A stretch of 64,000 bases of DNA from Octopus vulgaris (lineage: Eukaryota). Shown one piece after another: positions 37,302 to 48,083 of this stretch. The position numbers were made by a program, and so were the translations under genes. The stretch is taken from positions 7,130,001-7,194,000 of the forward strand of contig OX597831.1 of assembly GCA_951406725.2 (NCBI GenBank). Direction: 5' to 3'. The notes under the pieces are model-generated. The model saw nothing but the letters and a program-made list of their open reading frames with translations. It searched no databases and had not been told where the DNA came from. The first letter of the stretch is position 1, and each line of letters opens with the position of its first letter.

Positions 37302-38761
37302 CTAGAATTCATGGTCAAAATTGTAAAGTTAATTGGCTCTGATTAGATGGAGTGAATAAAATAGATTAAACATTTTTCAAAGTTTAAAATTATACTTTCG
37401 AAATTAAAATCATATAAATCTATGTATTTATATATGTAGGGAGAGTTTACAAAAAAAAAACAAAAGACGAAGACAGGTAGTGTACAAAACAAACAGATGT
37501 ATTAGTATAACGCTCAGGAATAGAAAAAGTCTTTTATGTTTCGAGCCTATGCTCTTCTACAGAAAGGGACACAGAAAAAACAAAGAGAGAAAAAAATGTG
37601 TGTAGTGGTTAATGATCTATCATGGCGACTGACCATATTTATATATGTATTTATATATGATCCCCAAAGACATTAAATGAATTAAATACACAAATGGTGA
37701 GTCAATTTGATCCTTTGTTGGTGATCAGAAGTAAACAAACAGAAACTTTTATGCTTTTCTATAAAAAATGAGGTTGGTTGAATTCTTTCAATACACTGTG
37801 TGATTTGAATTACTGGAATTTGAAAGAACACACGAATAAGAACAGTGCAGAGATGAGTAATTCCATTTGTCTAACACTCATGGACATGCTTACAACATCA
37901 AAAGACAACACCAACACCCATGAGTTTCAGAGACATTTTATCATGCTCAGAATTGCTGAAGCATGGAATAAACTACCCACATCAGCTGTTAGCTGATGGA
38001 ATACCTACATCCTTCAAAACTTCATGAAATTCACCAACAGTACACCCTTACATTTTTTTTCTAATGACTAATCCACTGTTCCCTTCCTACGCATATTCTA
38101 TGTACTGTTCAGGCACCTTTGGCTACTTTTTCTGATGAGTTATAATGCACCTCAACACTGCATACAATACATTCATTACTATCATAAAAATCAAATTGTT
38201 TCATAGAAATGTCACAAAACCATTTTTACAATAAAATACTGACAAGTTACACTTGGACTTCAAATCCTTGAGTTGAAAATCTTAATTGTTGAGAATGAGA
38301 AAGTTTATTTCACTATTCCTTGTCACAAAAGTTTATTTGGCTAAAACTCAAAACTAATTATTTTCACAAGCTCAACCTAGGTAGTCTTCCAGGGCATGCC
38401 TTTCATCAGAGAAATACAATAACAATGGAACAAATTCTTCAGCCACATTACTTCCACAATACTTCTAGTACAAACATAAAGAGAACACACTGAAAAAGTA
38501 CATTCCAAAATTCTCTCATTGACTTACAAGAACCAAAAACAACAGACTTGCCTATTCTACCTTATTAACTTTATCCAACTGTTTTGCCTCAGTTGTATGG
38601 CATCAACTACAATACTGCAACAAATACTCTTGATAGCATTTTCATTAAACAAAAGGACTTGCCTTCTGTAGATTCTAATTGTAGTTGTGAAAAAGTTTAG
38701 ATGTGTGACATAAGATTTAATGTCTTCACTTGCTTACCAACTTCACAAGACATTGTAACTA

Positions 38762-38800
<39 letters not shown>

Positions 38801-38881
38801 CTTTTCAATATGTGACCTCGTGAGTACCGCTGGCGATTTTTTTCCTCTGTCTTCCCTTCTCGGGATCTTTCCTTCTCCTAT

Positions 38882-38916
38882 GTTTCCGATGAAGAGCTCC
38901 ACTCGAAACGTTAAAC
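38882..38916 (+). ncRNA. Minimal hammerhead-like fold with U4C core change
   Basis: GUUU-CCGAUGA-A-GAG(CUCCA)CUC-GAAAC-GUU/AAAC; helix I GUUU:AAAC; inside a ~210-bp repeat flanked by (TA)n. Confidence 0.55.
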
Positions 38917-40177
38917 CCTCCTTCTTCCCTGAGCATCCAATAATACTTTATCTGTTCCACGTCCTCACGTTGTTGTGTTTTTTTTTGTGTTTTCTTGTTT
39001 GGATTAACTATATATATATATATCAAGACAATAGGATTAGGGATTCATCTATTTTGGGGATCCTTTCTGACCTCATTTAACAAAAATCATGAGAGCTTTT
39101 CATTGAATTTGGAATAAGCAATCACCCAAGCTCTTTCTCTCGTAGCTTCTCAGAGAAATGCAAATGCTTGCCAGTGATTTTCCCTCTCATGTGATGCCCT
39201 GCAGCAAAAACAGAGTCCAGTTCTCTTAGTAATGAGTCTATGAACAAATCAACTTATAGATGAAGGTGGTATTTTTGTGTTGACAGCTCAATTTGCCCAG
39301 CAAAAAAACGGAACTTGCTACAACTGTAAAAAAAACCACAATGCCAACATCAGTAATCGTCTCTACATTGAAAAAGCTCCTATCTGCATATAAAAGGATA
39401 TATATATATAGGAAATCAACCATGTGGTGAACAGGAAATCAACTGTTCACCACATAGTCAATTTCCAGTTCGCCATGCAGTATTTTCCAAATAATATATA
39501 TATATGACTATACTGACACTTGACTCAATTCAGATAGTCTCATCAGTTTCATAGATGACATTTGCTAAATCCCTTGCTTCCAACATCTCTAATGTAGTTC
39601 ATTCAAGAAAGCTGCCAGAAAAACCAGTGTGACACACCTAAGGGATATTGCTCTGTAGGATTAGATCCCACCATTACAGTGAGACTAACTAGAGACCATT
39701 TTTGGTGGCCGTCTCACATGTTTCCCTGTCATTCAGAACCCCTACCACAAAATACAATGATTAGGTATGGAAATGACTCCAACAGGGCCAATGTTTCATC
39801 TGTAAAAAAACACAATGTGAAACATACACTTACAAGTTGGTAATTAGTAGAAATTTACAATAGTTTAAAGTGGCTGAAGACTTTTGTATGGTACTGTAAT
39901 TAAGAACTAAAGGTCAACCAGGTTTGACCAATTGATGCTACTCATCAAAAGCTCATATCAAATTACCAAACTGTCAAGTTGCTTTTGTCTCGTCTGGAAA
40001 TAGAGCTCCCACCTGGAAGAACAAGTGCCCCAGGAAAATCAATCAAATCTGAATTCTACCTAAGAGAAATCCATTGAAGATTACTGTGAAACTGAATTGT
40101 TGAAAAATCTGGCCCACGCAAGTTCAGGGCCCACAAACGGATGTTCCATCAATAATTACTGCAGTGGTGTGTTGATT

Positions 40178-40410
40178 AAGGTGGCGAGCTAGCAGAAACG
40201 TTAGCACGCTGAGCGAAATGTTTAGCAGTATTTCACCCGTCGCTACGTTCTGAGTTCAAATTCCGCCGAGGTCGACTTTGCCTTTCATCCTTTTGGGATC
40301 GATTAAATAAGTACCAGTTATGCACTGGGGTCGATGTAATCGACTTAATCCGTTTGCCTGTCCTTATTTGTCCTCTCTGTGTTTAGCACCTTGTGGGTAG
40401 TAAAGAAATA
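40178..40410 (+). mobile_element. SINE, Nin/Deu-like domain family
   Basis: ggtggcgagctagcagaaacgttagcac...gccgaggtcgactttgcctttcatcc...gtgggtagtaaagaaata; same family as 303-700. Confidence 0.85.
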
Positions 40411-40994
40411 GGTATGTTGACAAATCATATTCAAACACAGATGTAAGTGAAAGAAATCTGACATTGATCCAATTATTGAAGAGGAAACTACAGAAACACC
40501 ACTCAGATTTCCTCATGATCCAACAAGGATTCAGAAAACACTAGAATTTCATAACATCCACCGTCATTTGGGGGACAGTGGATGCTATAACATTGTTTCG
40601 GCTACTTTCAGTCCAAGTGTATTATGATAAGACTTTAGTTCAAGTCCAGCAGCCAGTACCATCTTATATTTATGCTTCAAATAATGAAGTTGAGCATTCT
40701 AACCGAATAAAAAGATTTGATTCTCAGCAACTGATTTTTGCCCCTACATTAGGTACAGTACATAAAAGTCAGTGTCCCTGAGAAGGGGCAGGAGAAGCAC
40801 CTAATGTAACAAAGACTTACCAAGTGCAAAAGAGTAAAGCCATAGTAATAGAGAAAGGAAGGGAAAGAGGTGGAAGGGCAGGTGAATATATATATACTGC
40901 TTTCCAGCAGATAACCCTTTCCTAGAAAAAGGATTGTTTGCATTACATCATTGTGGAATGTAGTTAGTTTTGTAATAGTATTTTAGCAACTTAA

Positions 40995-41214
40995 CCCTTT
41001 CGTTACCAACCCGGCTGAAACCGGCCCTGGCTCTGAGTACAAATGTCTTGTTTCCATAAGTTTTGAATTCAAATCTTCCACCAAACCTTAGTCACAATTT
41101 ATGTTCCTAGCACTAGCTTAATGATAACTAAGTTGTTTTAGTAAATTCTTTGCTATATTTAAAGTAATTGAAAGAAACACAGAGCACCTCAGCAGAAATA
41201 TGGTAAGAAAAGGG
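40995..41214. mobile_element. piggyBac-type MITE
   Basis: ttaa|ccctttcgttacca ... tggtaagaaaaggg|ttag; TTAA site and CCCTT termini. Confidence 0.7.
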
Positions 41215-41867
41215 TTAGACTTATAGAATAAAAAAGAATGGCAAAAAAAAAAAAAGCAAATTCCATTTTTCTGTGAACAATTGCGCAAATATATCTTTAA
41301 TATACTTCCCAAGATGCAATATTATTGAGAAGAAGGACTTTTACATAAAAGAGATACATGTGTAGTGAACTGACTCAACGCTGTACAAGTTGTACTTATT
41401 TTATAAACAATGAAAAAAATATGTACATAAAAAAAAAATGAATATGTACCAAAGGGATAAAAGTAAAAAGAAGAAAAAAATCATCATCATCAACGACTAT
41501 TACAACAACAACAATGACGAAAGGATTGAGTAAGATTAAAAGTGAAACAAGTGAAGCAGAACAAAGCTGAATGACGAAACTGCAACCTCCCATTTTAAGA
41601 GAGACTGAATAGAGACTGTTTGAACAATAAATAGGACAGCAGCTGTCAATTGAGGATCACATAGGGAAAAAAAAATATTATTTTTACAAAACCCAACTTT
41701 TAGCCAAACTATCATCATCATCGTCATCATCACTGAATGTCATTGTCCCATGCTAGTATGGGTTGTCCTGTGTTCCTGAGTTTCAAAAGTGTATCGACAA
41801 AGTAAACCAAATTTCACTTTGAAATAATCTACTGATAATGTAAAATTAAAAAAAAGCAAATACTTAC

Positions 41868-41983
41868 TGAACAAAAGTGCAGCCACCTTTTCATCAATTG
41901 TACTCGGCTGGTGACTGGTGAAGATTTGTTCTGCAATGAGTGTGCAACAAGACCCAACTTGTTCTATGTTGACTTCACATCCA
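41868..41983 (-). CDS. PRUNE: PRUNE-family exon (VGSCxTL motif)
   Basis: ctgtttgacag|T GGA...TTC A|gtaagt; 116 nt, phase 2/1; GCEVNIEQVGSCCTLIAEQIFTSHQPSTIDEKVAALLF. Confidence 0.93.
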
Positions 41984-42084
41984 CTGTCAAACAGAAAAAC
42001 AAGCATCAGGAAAATATTGCTGTTGTCAAAGATTAATCAAAAACTTATTGCACAACCATCATCATCATCGTTATTATTATTATT

Positions 42085-42515
42085 AATCAACTTTTTCAAG
42101 TTTCACTTGAAAAGGAAGGTGAGAGTAGAGAGGGAAGTGCTGTCTGGTGGCAAGTTTATTGAAAGGTGGATAAATGTCGCAAGAATGGCCAGTATGAGGA
42201 TACACCTGTAAGAAAAAGGCATTACAAAAGGAGAAAGGGGCCCTCTACCCCCATTTTGACCAGGCTCCCGTGGCTTTTATGGGTTTTTCCACCAGGAACC
42301 TTTCGAAGCGCCTCCCCCTATTGGGAGTTTTTCATTGTTAAATATTTTCGTTGTTATACTGTTTTTTACACGGATTTTCAAACAAACAAAACCCTTTGTA
42401 ACTTTCGTCCTGTGTTTTGTCCCTTTATGTTATAATTAATTTTTGTCAGTCCTTGTGGCCAATAAAAGAATTTACTATTATTATTATTATTATTGTTATT
42501 ATTATCATCATTATT
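42085..42515 (+). mobile_element. L1/Tx1-like LINE 3' end
   Basis: FFKFHLKRKVRVEREVLSGGKFIERWINVARM then stop, UTR, AATAAA and (ATT)n tail; clade call from peptide style only. Confidence 0.55.
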
Positions 42516-43175
42516 ACCAATGTAAAATCAAAACTGTTGGCTGGAGCAAGAAACAACCTAGTCTATATTTTTATATCAGCTCTTCTTACATTAGAATGGC
42601 TGTTATTCTCTTCTCTGAGAACTCTTTGATGCTATAATATACCACATTTCTGAATTATACAATCAATCAGAAATAGTTTAAGTGTCTCCACCCCCACTCC
42701 TACCCCGCACCACAGATCCTCCCAATCTACATAAAAATGGTTTCTTAATTATGATACAAGTTCAAATCATTAAGTGCATTAAAGCAAAGACAAATATTGA
42801 GGTAAAATTTTTGTCAGTCCTTGTGGCCAATAAAAGAATTTACTATTATTATTATTATTATTGTTATTATTATCATCATTATTACCAATGTAAAATCAAA
42901 ACTGTTGGCTGGAGCAAGAAACAACCTAGTCTATATTTTTATATCAGCTCTTCTTACATTAGAATGGCTGTTATTCTCTTCTCTGAGAACTCTTTGATGC
43001 TATAATATACCACATTTCTGAATTATACAATCAATCAGAAATAGTTTAAGTGTCTCCACCCCCACTCCTACCCCGCACCACAGATCCTCCCAATCTACAT
43101 AAAAATGGTTTCTTAATTATGATACAAGTTCAAATCATTAAGTGCATTAAAGCAAAGACAAATATTGAGGTAAAA
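42438..43175 (+). repeat. Apparently exact 368-bp tandem duplication
   Basis: 42438-42805 repeats as 42806-43173; identical ORF starts at 42682 and 43050 are 368 apart. Confidence 0.95.
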
Positions 43176-43209
43176 AAAAATATACACACTGACACACACA
43201 CAACACAAG

Positions 43210-43536
43210 AAAATGGTAAGAAAGGAGTTGGAAGAAATTCCATTTGCTGCATCCAGTGTAAAGTATGGACACGTAAGAGATACAGAGGAACCACAGGTAG
43301 ATTAACAGATAAAGTAGTCTTTGTATTTGGCAGATGTGCAGGAAGAATAAGCACTAAGAGTACATGGAACTTAGTTTCTCTCAAATGCCCAGGAGATTCT
43401 CTTGAGGTTGTAGAGAGTTTCTGTTACCTAGGTGACCAAGTTAGCAATGGTGAAGGATGCTCTGAAAGTATTGTTTCTAGAATAAGAATAGGATGGAGGA
43501 AGTTCAGAGAGCTTTTAGCTCTGTTGGCAACAAAAG

Positions 43537-43577
<41 letters not shown>

Positions 43578-43878
43578 AGTGAAAGGTAGACTGCATCATG
43601 CTTGTGTGCTAACAGCTATCATCATCATCCTTCGACTAACCATAGGTTGGTCGAAACTCCAGTGAGAATCCCTTTCCACACTACACGGTCCTGCATTGCT
43701 GTACTCGATGGTAGTGAGACATGGGCTCTGAATGCAAAACACATGCATTGATGTTAGGAAGGGCATCCAGCTGTAAAAATCTTGCCAAAACAATCACAGA
43801 AGTCTGGTACAGGCTTTTGCCTGGCCATCCCAACCATGCCAGCATGGAAGGCAGGCATTAAACAATGATGATGATGAC
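43210..43878 (+). mobile_element. RTE-clade LINE fragment ending in the (GAT)n-family tail
   Basis: GKKGVGRNSICCIQCKVW...LEVVESFCYLGDQVSNGEGCSESIVSRIRIGWRKFRELLALL (RT thumb region), then gttaggaagggcatccagctgt...aatgatgatgatg. Confidence 0.85.
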
Positions 43879-44036
43879 ACACACCATACATACAGCAAAT
43901 ATATATATATATATATTACATATATATAATATGTGACAGTTATTCGGTTACCATAATAAACTCCAAATAATTGTCACATATTATTTTACAGATAAATTCC
44001 TCTATTTACATAATATCGAGGTCTCATTCATTATTT

Positions 44037-44307
44037 TCGCCCTGACTGGCCTCTGTGCCGGTGGCACGTAAAAAGCACCATCCGATCGTGACCGTTGCCA
44101 GCCTCGTCTGGCACCTGTGCCAGTGGCATGTAAAAAGCACCCACTACACTCACGGAGTGGTTGGTGTTAGGAAGGGCATCCAGCTGTAGAAACACTGCCA
44201 GATCAGACTGGGCTTGGTGCAGCCATCTGGCTTCCCAAACCCCAGTTGAACCGTCCAACCCATGCTAGCAAGGAAAGTGGACGTTAAATAATGATGATGA
44301 TGATGAT
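44037..44307 (+). mobile_element. (GAT)n-tailed retroelement, same family
   Basis: Same core and (gat)n tail. Confidence 0.85.
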
Positions 44308-44599
44308 ATATATATATATATATATATTATGACTAGGTTCCAATCCAGATCACAGCAACAGGGTCCACCTACCACACTCCTCGGTCAATGTCAACTTACA
44401 ATGGACAGCTGAAGAAGAAAAAGAATATATATGTGTGCACAAACATCATGCATACAATATATATATATATATTCTGTTTTTTTCTTCAGCTGTCCATCAT
44501 AAGTTGACATCAACAATTCTTGTTTGGTAATCATCTCTGGCAGGGTCACATGTCGGCTATAAGGCCTGCTCTTCATCTGCAGCAGCAATGACACCTGTT

Positions 44600-45200
44600 G
44601 CAGGTGAAGCTGCTTGATGCAATGGAGTAGTGACGGCTCTTATGTGTTCTTTCATATTCTCTCTATGTTTCCTCAATGGCTGGAATTATGAGCTTCAACA
44701 GTTGGTGCCATTCCTCGTGCCATAGGGCCTTCTCGTCCCAAGTGTTTGGGAGGTGCCAGAGTTCTTCATGTCTTTTCAGTATATTCTCTGTATCACAACC
44801 TCTGTCCACCATGGTTTGGCCTGCTCTGATGCCATTTCAGTATAGAAAACTGCCTTCAGGAGCCCACCATCCTCCATCCTGTAATTGTGTCCCACCCAGT
44901 GCAGCTGCAGATGAGGTAAAGAAGACCTCCACACAAGCTGTGCCAGCAAAGCACAAGACCTCTACATCAGGAATGGCATTCTGCCATCTAATATACAAGA
45001 TGAAGCCCAGATGACAAAGTTGTACTCAGATCAGGGCTTTGGTGTGCCTGCAGTAGAAGGCCATGCCTTCTGTGCCACAGAGGAGGCAGGGGAGCACTGT
45101 GGCACCACTCTACACCTGTATCTTCATGTTGCAGGCAATGTCATGGCAGCTCCATAAACACTTTTCAAGAGAGTCAAAAGCTTTTGTGGCAGACCACATT
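44600..45200 (-). mobile_element. RTE-clade LINE fragment, disrupted
   Basis: Hand translation of the minus strand: LGFILYIRWQNAIPDVEVL...QLHWVGHNYRMEDGGLLKAVFYTEM, with stops and a frameshift. Confidence 0.7.
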
Positions 45201-45216
45201 CACCTCACATCATACG

Positions 45217-45251
<35 letters not shown>

Positions 45252-45374
45252 AAATTTATAGGACTAACCAGTAAAAGTGGACAGTCTATATGCTAGATAT
45301 AGATGTCAAAATCGCTATTTTCCACGAAGAATGTGTTCTCAAGAAAAAACTCAGCAAAAAAAACAGTGTAAAAA

Positions 45375-45720
45375 TCATCATCGTTCAACGTCCACTTTCC
45401 ATGCTAGCATGGGTTGGACGGTTCAACTGGAGTCTGGGAAGCCAGAAGGCTGCATCAGGCCCAGTCTGATCTGGCAGAGTTTCTACAGCTGGATGCCCTT
45501 CCTAACGCCAACCACTCCATGAGTGTAGTGGGTGCTTATTACATGTCACTGGCACATGTGCCAGACGAGGCTGGCAAACGGCCACGATCGGATGGGGCTT
45601 TTTATGTGCCACCGACAAGGAGACCAGATGAGGCTGGCAAAGGCCACAATTGGATGGTGCTTTTTATGTGCCACCGGCACGGAGGCCAGTCAGGGTGGCG
45701 CTGGCTACGGCCACATTCGG
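45375..45720 (-). mobile_element. (GAT)n-tailed retroelement, same family
   Basis: Same core; inverted relative to 44037-44307. Confidence 0.85.
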
Positions 45721-45826
45721 AATATAAGGAATATTCCCCTTCATCAGCTGCCCCTAGTTCGACTCAATGCGTACATGCATTGAGTCGAACCAGGGGAAGC
45801 TGATGAAGGGGAATATTCCTTGTATT
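45721..45826. repeat. Palindrome with 50-bp arms and 6-nt loop
   Basis: 47 of 50 positions pair; each arm carries gctgatgaaggggaatattcct. Confidence 0.9.
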
Positions 45827-46025
45827 GTTTGTCTTGTACTGTTTTTTCGTTGTTAAAAAAATACGTTTCCTTGTTTGTTTTTATGTTTTCGTTTCTCGTT
45901 GTGTTCTACGTTTATTTGTGGTGTCCTGTACTCATATATATATATATATGCATGTATATATACATATAGATGTAGGTATGTACATATATGTATGTATGTA
46001 TGCATATGTTTTATTTGTTAAATTG

Positions 46026-46076
<51 letters not shown>

Positions 46077-46251
46077 CCTCATACATACAACACAGAGCGA
46101 CTTTCATCTATCCAGGTTGATAAAATAACACATTTTTTACTCTACAACCGTCCTACAAATGTATGGCTTTGTATTAATGTAAGAAATCAATAGAATGAAA
46201 TCAGTAAGTTTAAAGCTAAACCTAACGTGCATGGATACACAAAATGACATG

Positions 46252-46294
<43 letters not shown>

Positions 46295-47696
46295 ACACAC
46301 AGATACACACACAGTTTATATACATCTTCAGAAGTAGAAGGTGGAAAGTGGGGAGTGATTATTTTAGTTTCTACCATTATGAATATAATCACAGCATTGT
46401 GAAACATTAAAAGAAATGTCTAACATTTTATAAAGAATCCATAGATGTTTACATTCAATGAAGCTGTGAGAAGGGGAATTATTTTAATGAGATTATTTGA
46501 AATCTGCAAATAAGCAACAGAAAAATAGAAAAGTTTCCTATAAAAATATTAGACATTGATGGAGTAATAAAAGACGGAACAAGCAATCTACTAAAAATTA
46601 CTGTATCTTTTTCTAAGATTGAGTTTATTAAATCAAAACATGCTAAGATACTTCAAAAACACTTCACTAAGCATTCGTTGTGTTTACACAAAAACAAGAT
46701 TACAAAACAAAAATATTTTATCTGATACAGACAAAACAAAAGGCAACCTGAAATTAAAAAGTAACTCCTTATATCTTGTTATGAATTAGATTCTCATTGG
46801 AGGCAAATTTTCAGCATAAAATAAATTATGATTGGGGGAGGAATAGTATGAAATAGCTAAAAGTTTCTCTTGCAGAATTTGAAGAATTGAAGAATTTTGA
46901 AAATTATTTCAGCTGAATTAATTCTTCAGTTGTCAATCTCTTAAGATGTTACAAAGGACTGTTAGTGATACTTTTAGTGATACTAGTGTTCATGGTCCAA
47001 TATTTTATTTTATCTTCTCTTAAAGGAATAACGACATTGTTCGCATATTGTTCAAGACTTTACCTCAACAAACTTACATTTATTCTAATTTTGATGCCTA
47101 ACAAGAAACACAATATTTTTCCTTCACTATTTTTGAAAATGTTCTCTTTTTTTCATGAACAATAATTAAACATTTTTTGTTTAAATACCACATACTTAAT
47201 TTTATTCTAAATGACAAATTTCAAAAATAAGTGTTTATAATAATAATAGCATGTTTGATAAAATAATTAGATAAAGAAAATCATTAAACTAATTGTTTTT
47301 CTTAAAATAGAAAGCTCCATTACAAAGCTGGATAGGATGTCAGAATATTCAAACTTAGGCAAGAAACGAAAACGGTGGGAGAGGTGGTGGAGAAAAATCA
47401 TTTTTATTAGATTAATATTGGAGCTAAACATGTTTAAATTTTTTTTTTTTATTTAATGGCTGTATGGTTAAGAAAGTTGCTTTGCAACCATGTGGTTTTG
47501 GGTTCAGTCCCACTGCTTGGCACTTTGGGCAAGTGTCTTATTCTATAGTGAGAGAGTTTGGTAAGCAGAAACTGTGTGAAAGTGTGCGTCCTCTGTTGGT
47601 CTTCCTCATTGCTTGACAACAGGTGTTGGTTTGTTTCCATCTCATTTTATTGGTTTAGCATAAGAGACCAACAGAACAATTACCATTTAAAAATCC

Positions 47697-48083
47697 CATG
47701 CTAGTAGGGTGCTAAGAGCACCATCCGAGCGTGATCATTGCCAGAGCAGCTAACTGGCTTTCGTGCCGGTGCCATGTAGGAGGCACCATTTGAACGGGAT
47801 CGTTACCAGCATTGCCTTACTGGCACCTGTGCCATTGGCATGAGTAAAAAAATTCGAGCAAGGTCGTTGCCAGTACTGCCTGACTGGCCCCTGTGCCGGT
47901 GGCATGTAAAAGCACCCACTACACTCTCGGAGTGGTTGGCGTTAGGAAGGGCATCCAGCTGTAGAAACTCTGCCAGATCAAGACTGGAGCCTGATGCAGC
48001 CATCTGGTTCGCCAGCCCACAGTCAAACCGTCCAACCCATGCTAGCATGTAAAAGTGGACGTTGAACGACGATGATGATGATG
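47697..48083 (+). mobile_element. (GAT)n-tailed retroelement nested in a tRNA-SINE
   Basis: Host SINE at about 47457-47680 resumes at about 48084-48165. Confidence 0.8.

Noticed and set aside
39411-39466. Small imperfect hairpin (also 34818-34853 and about 57919-57940) as a pre-miRNA
   Set aside because: No recognisable mature sequence; short fold-backs are common in this window
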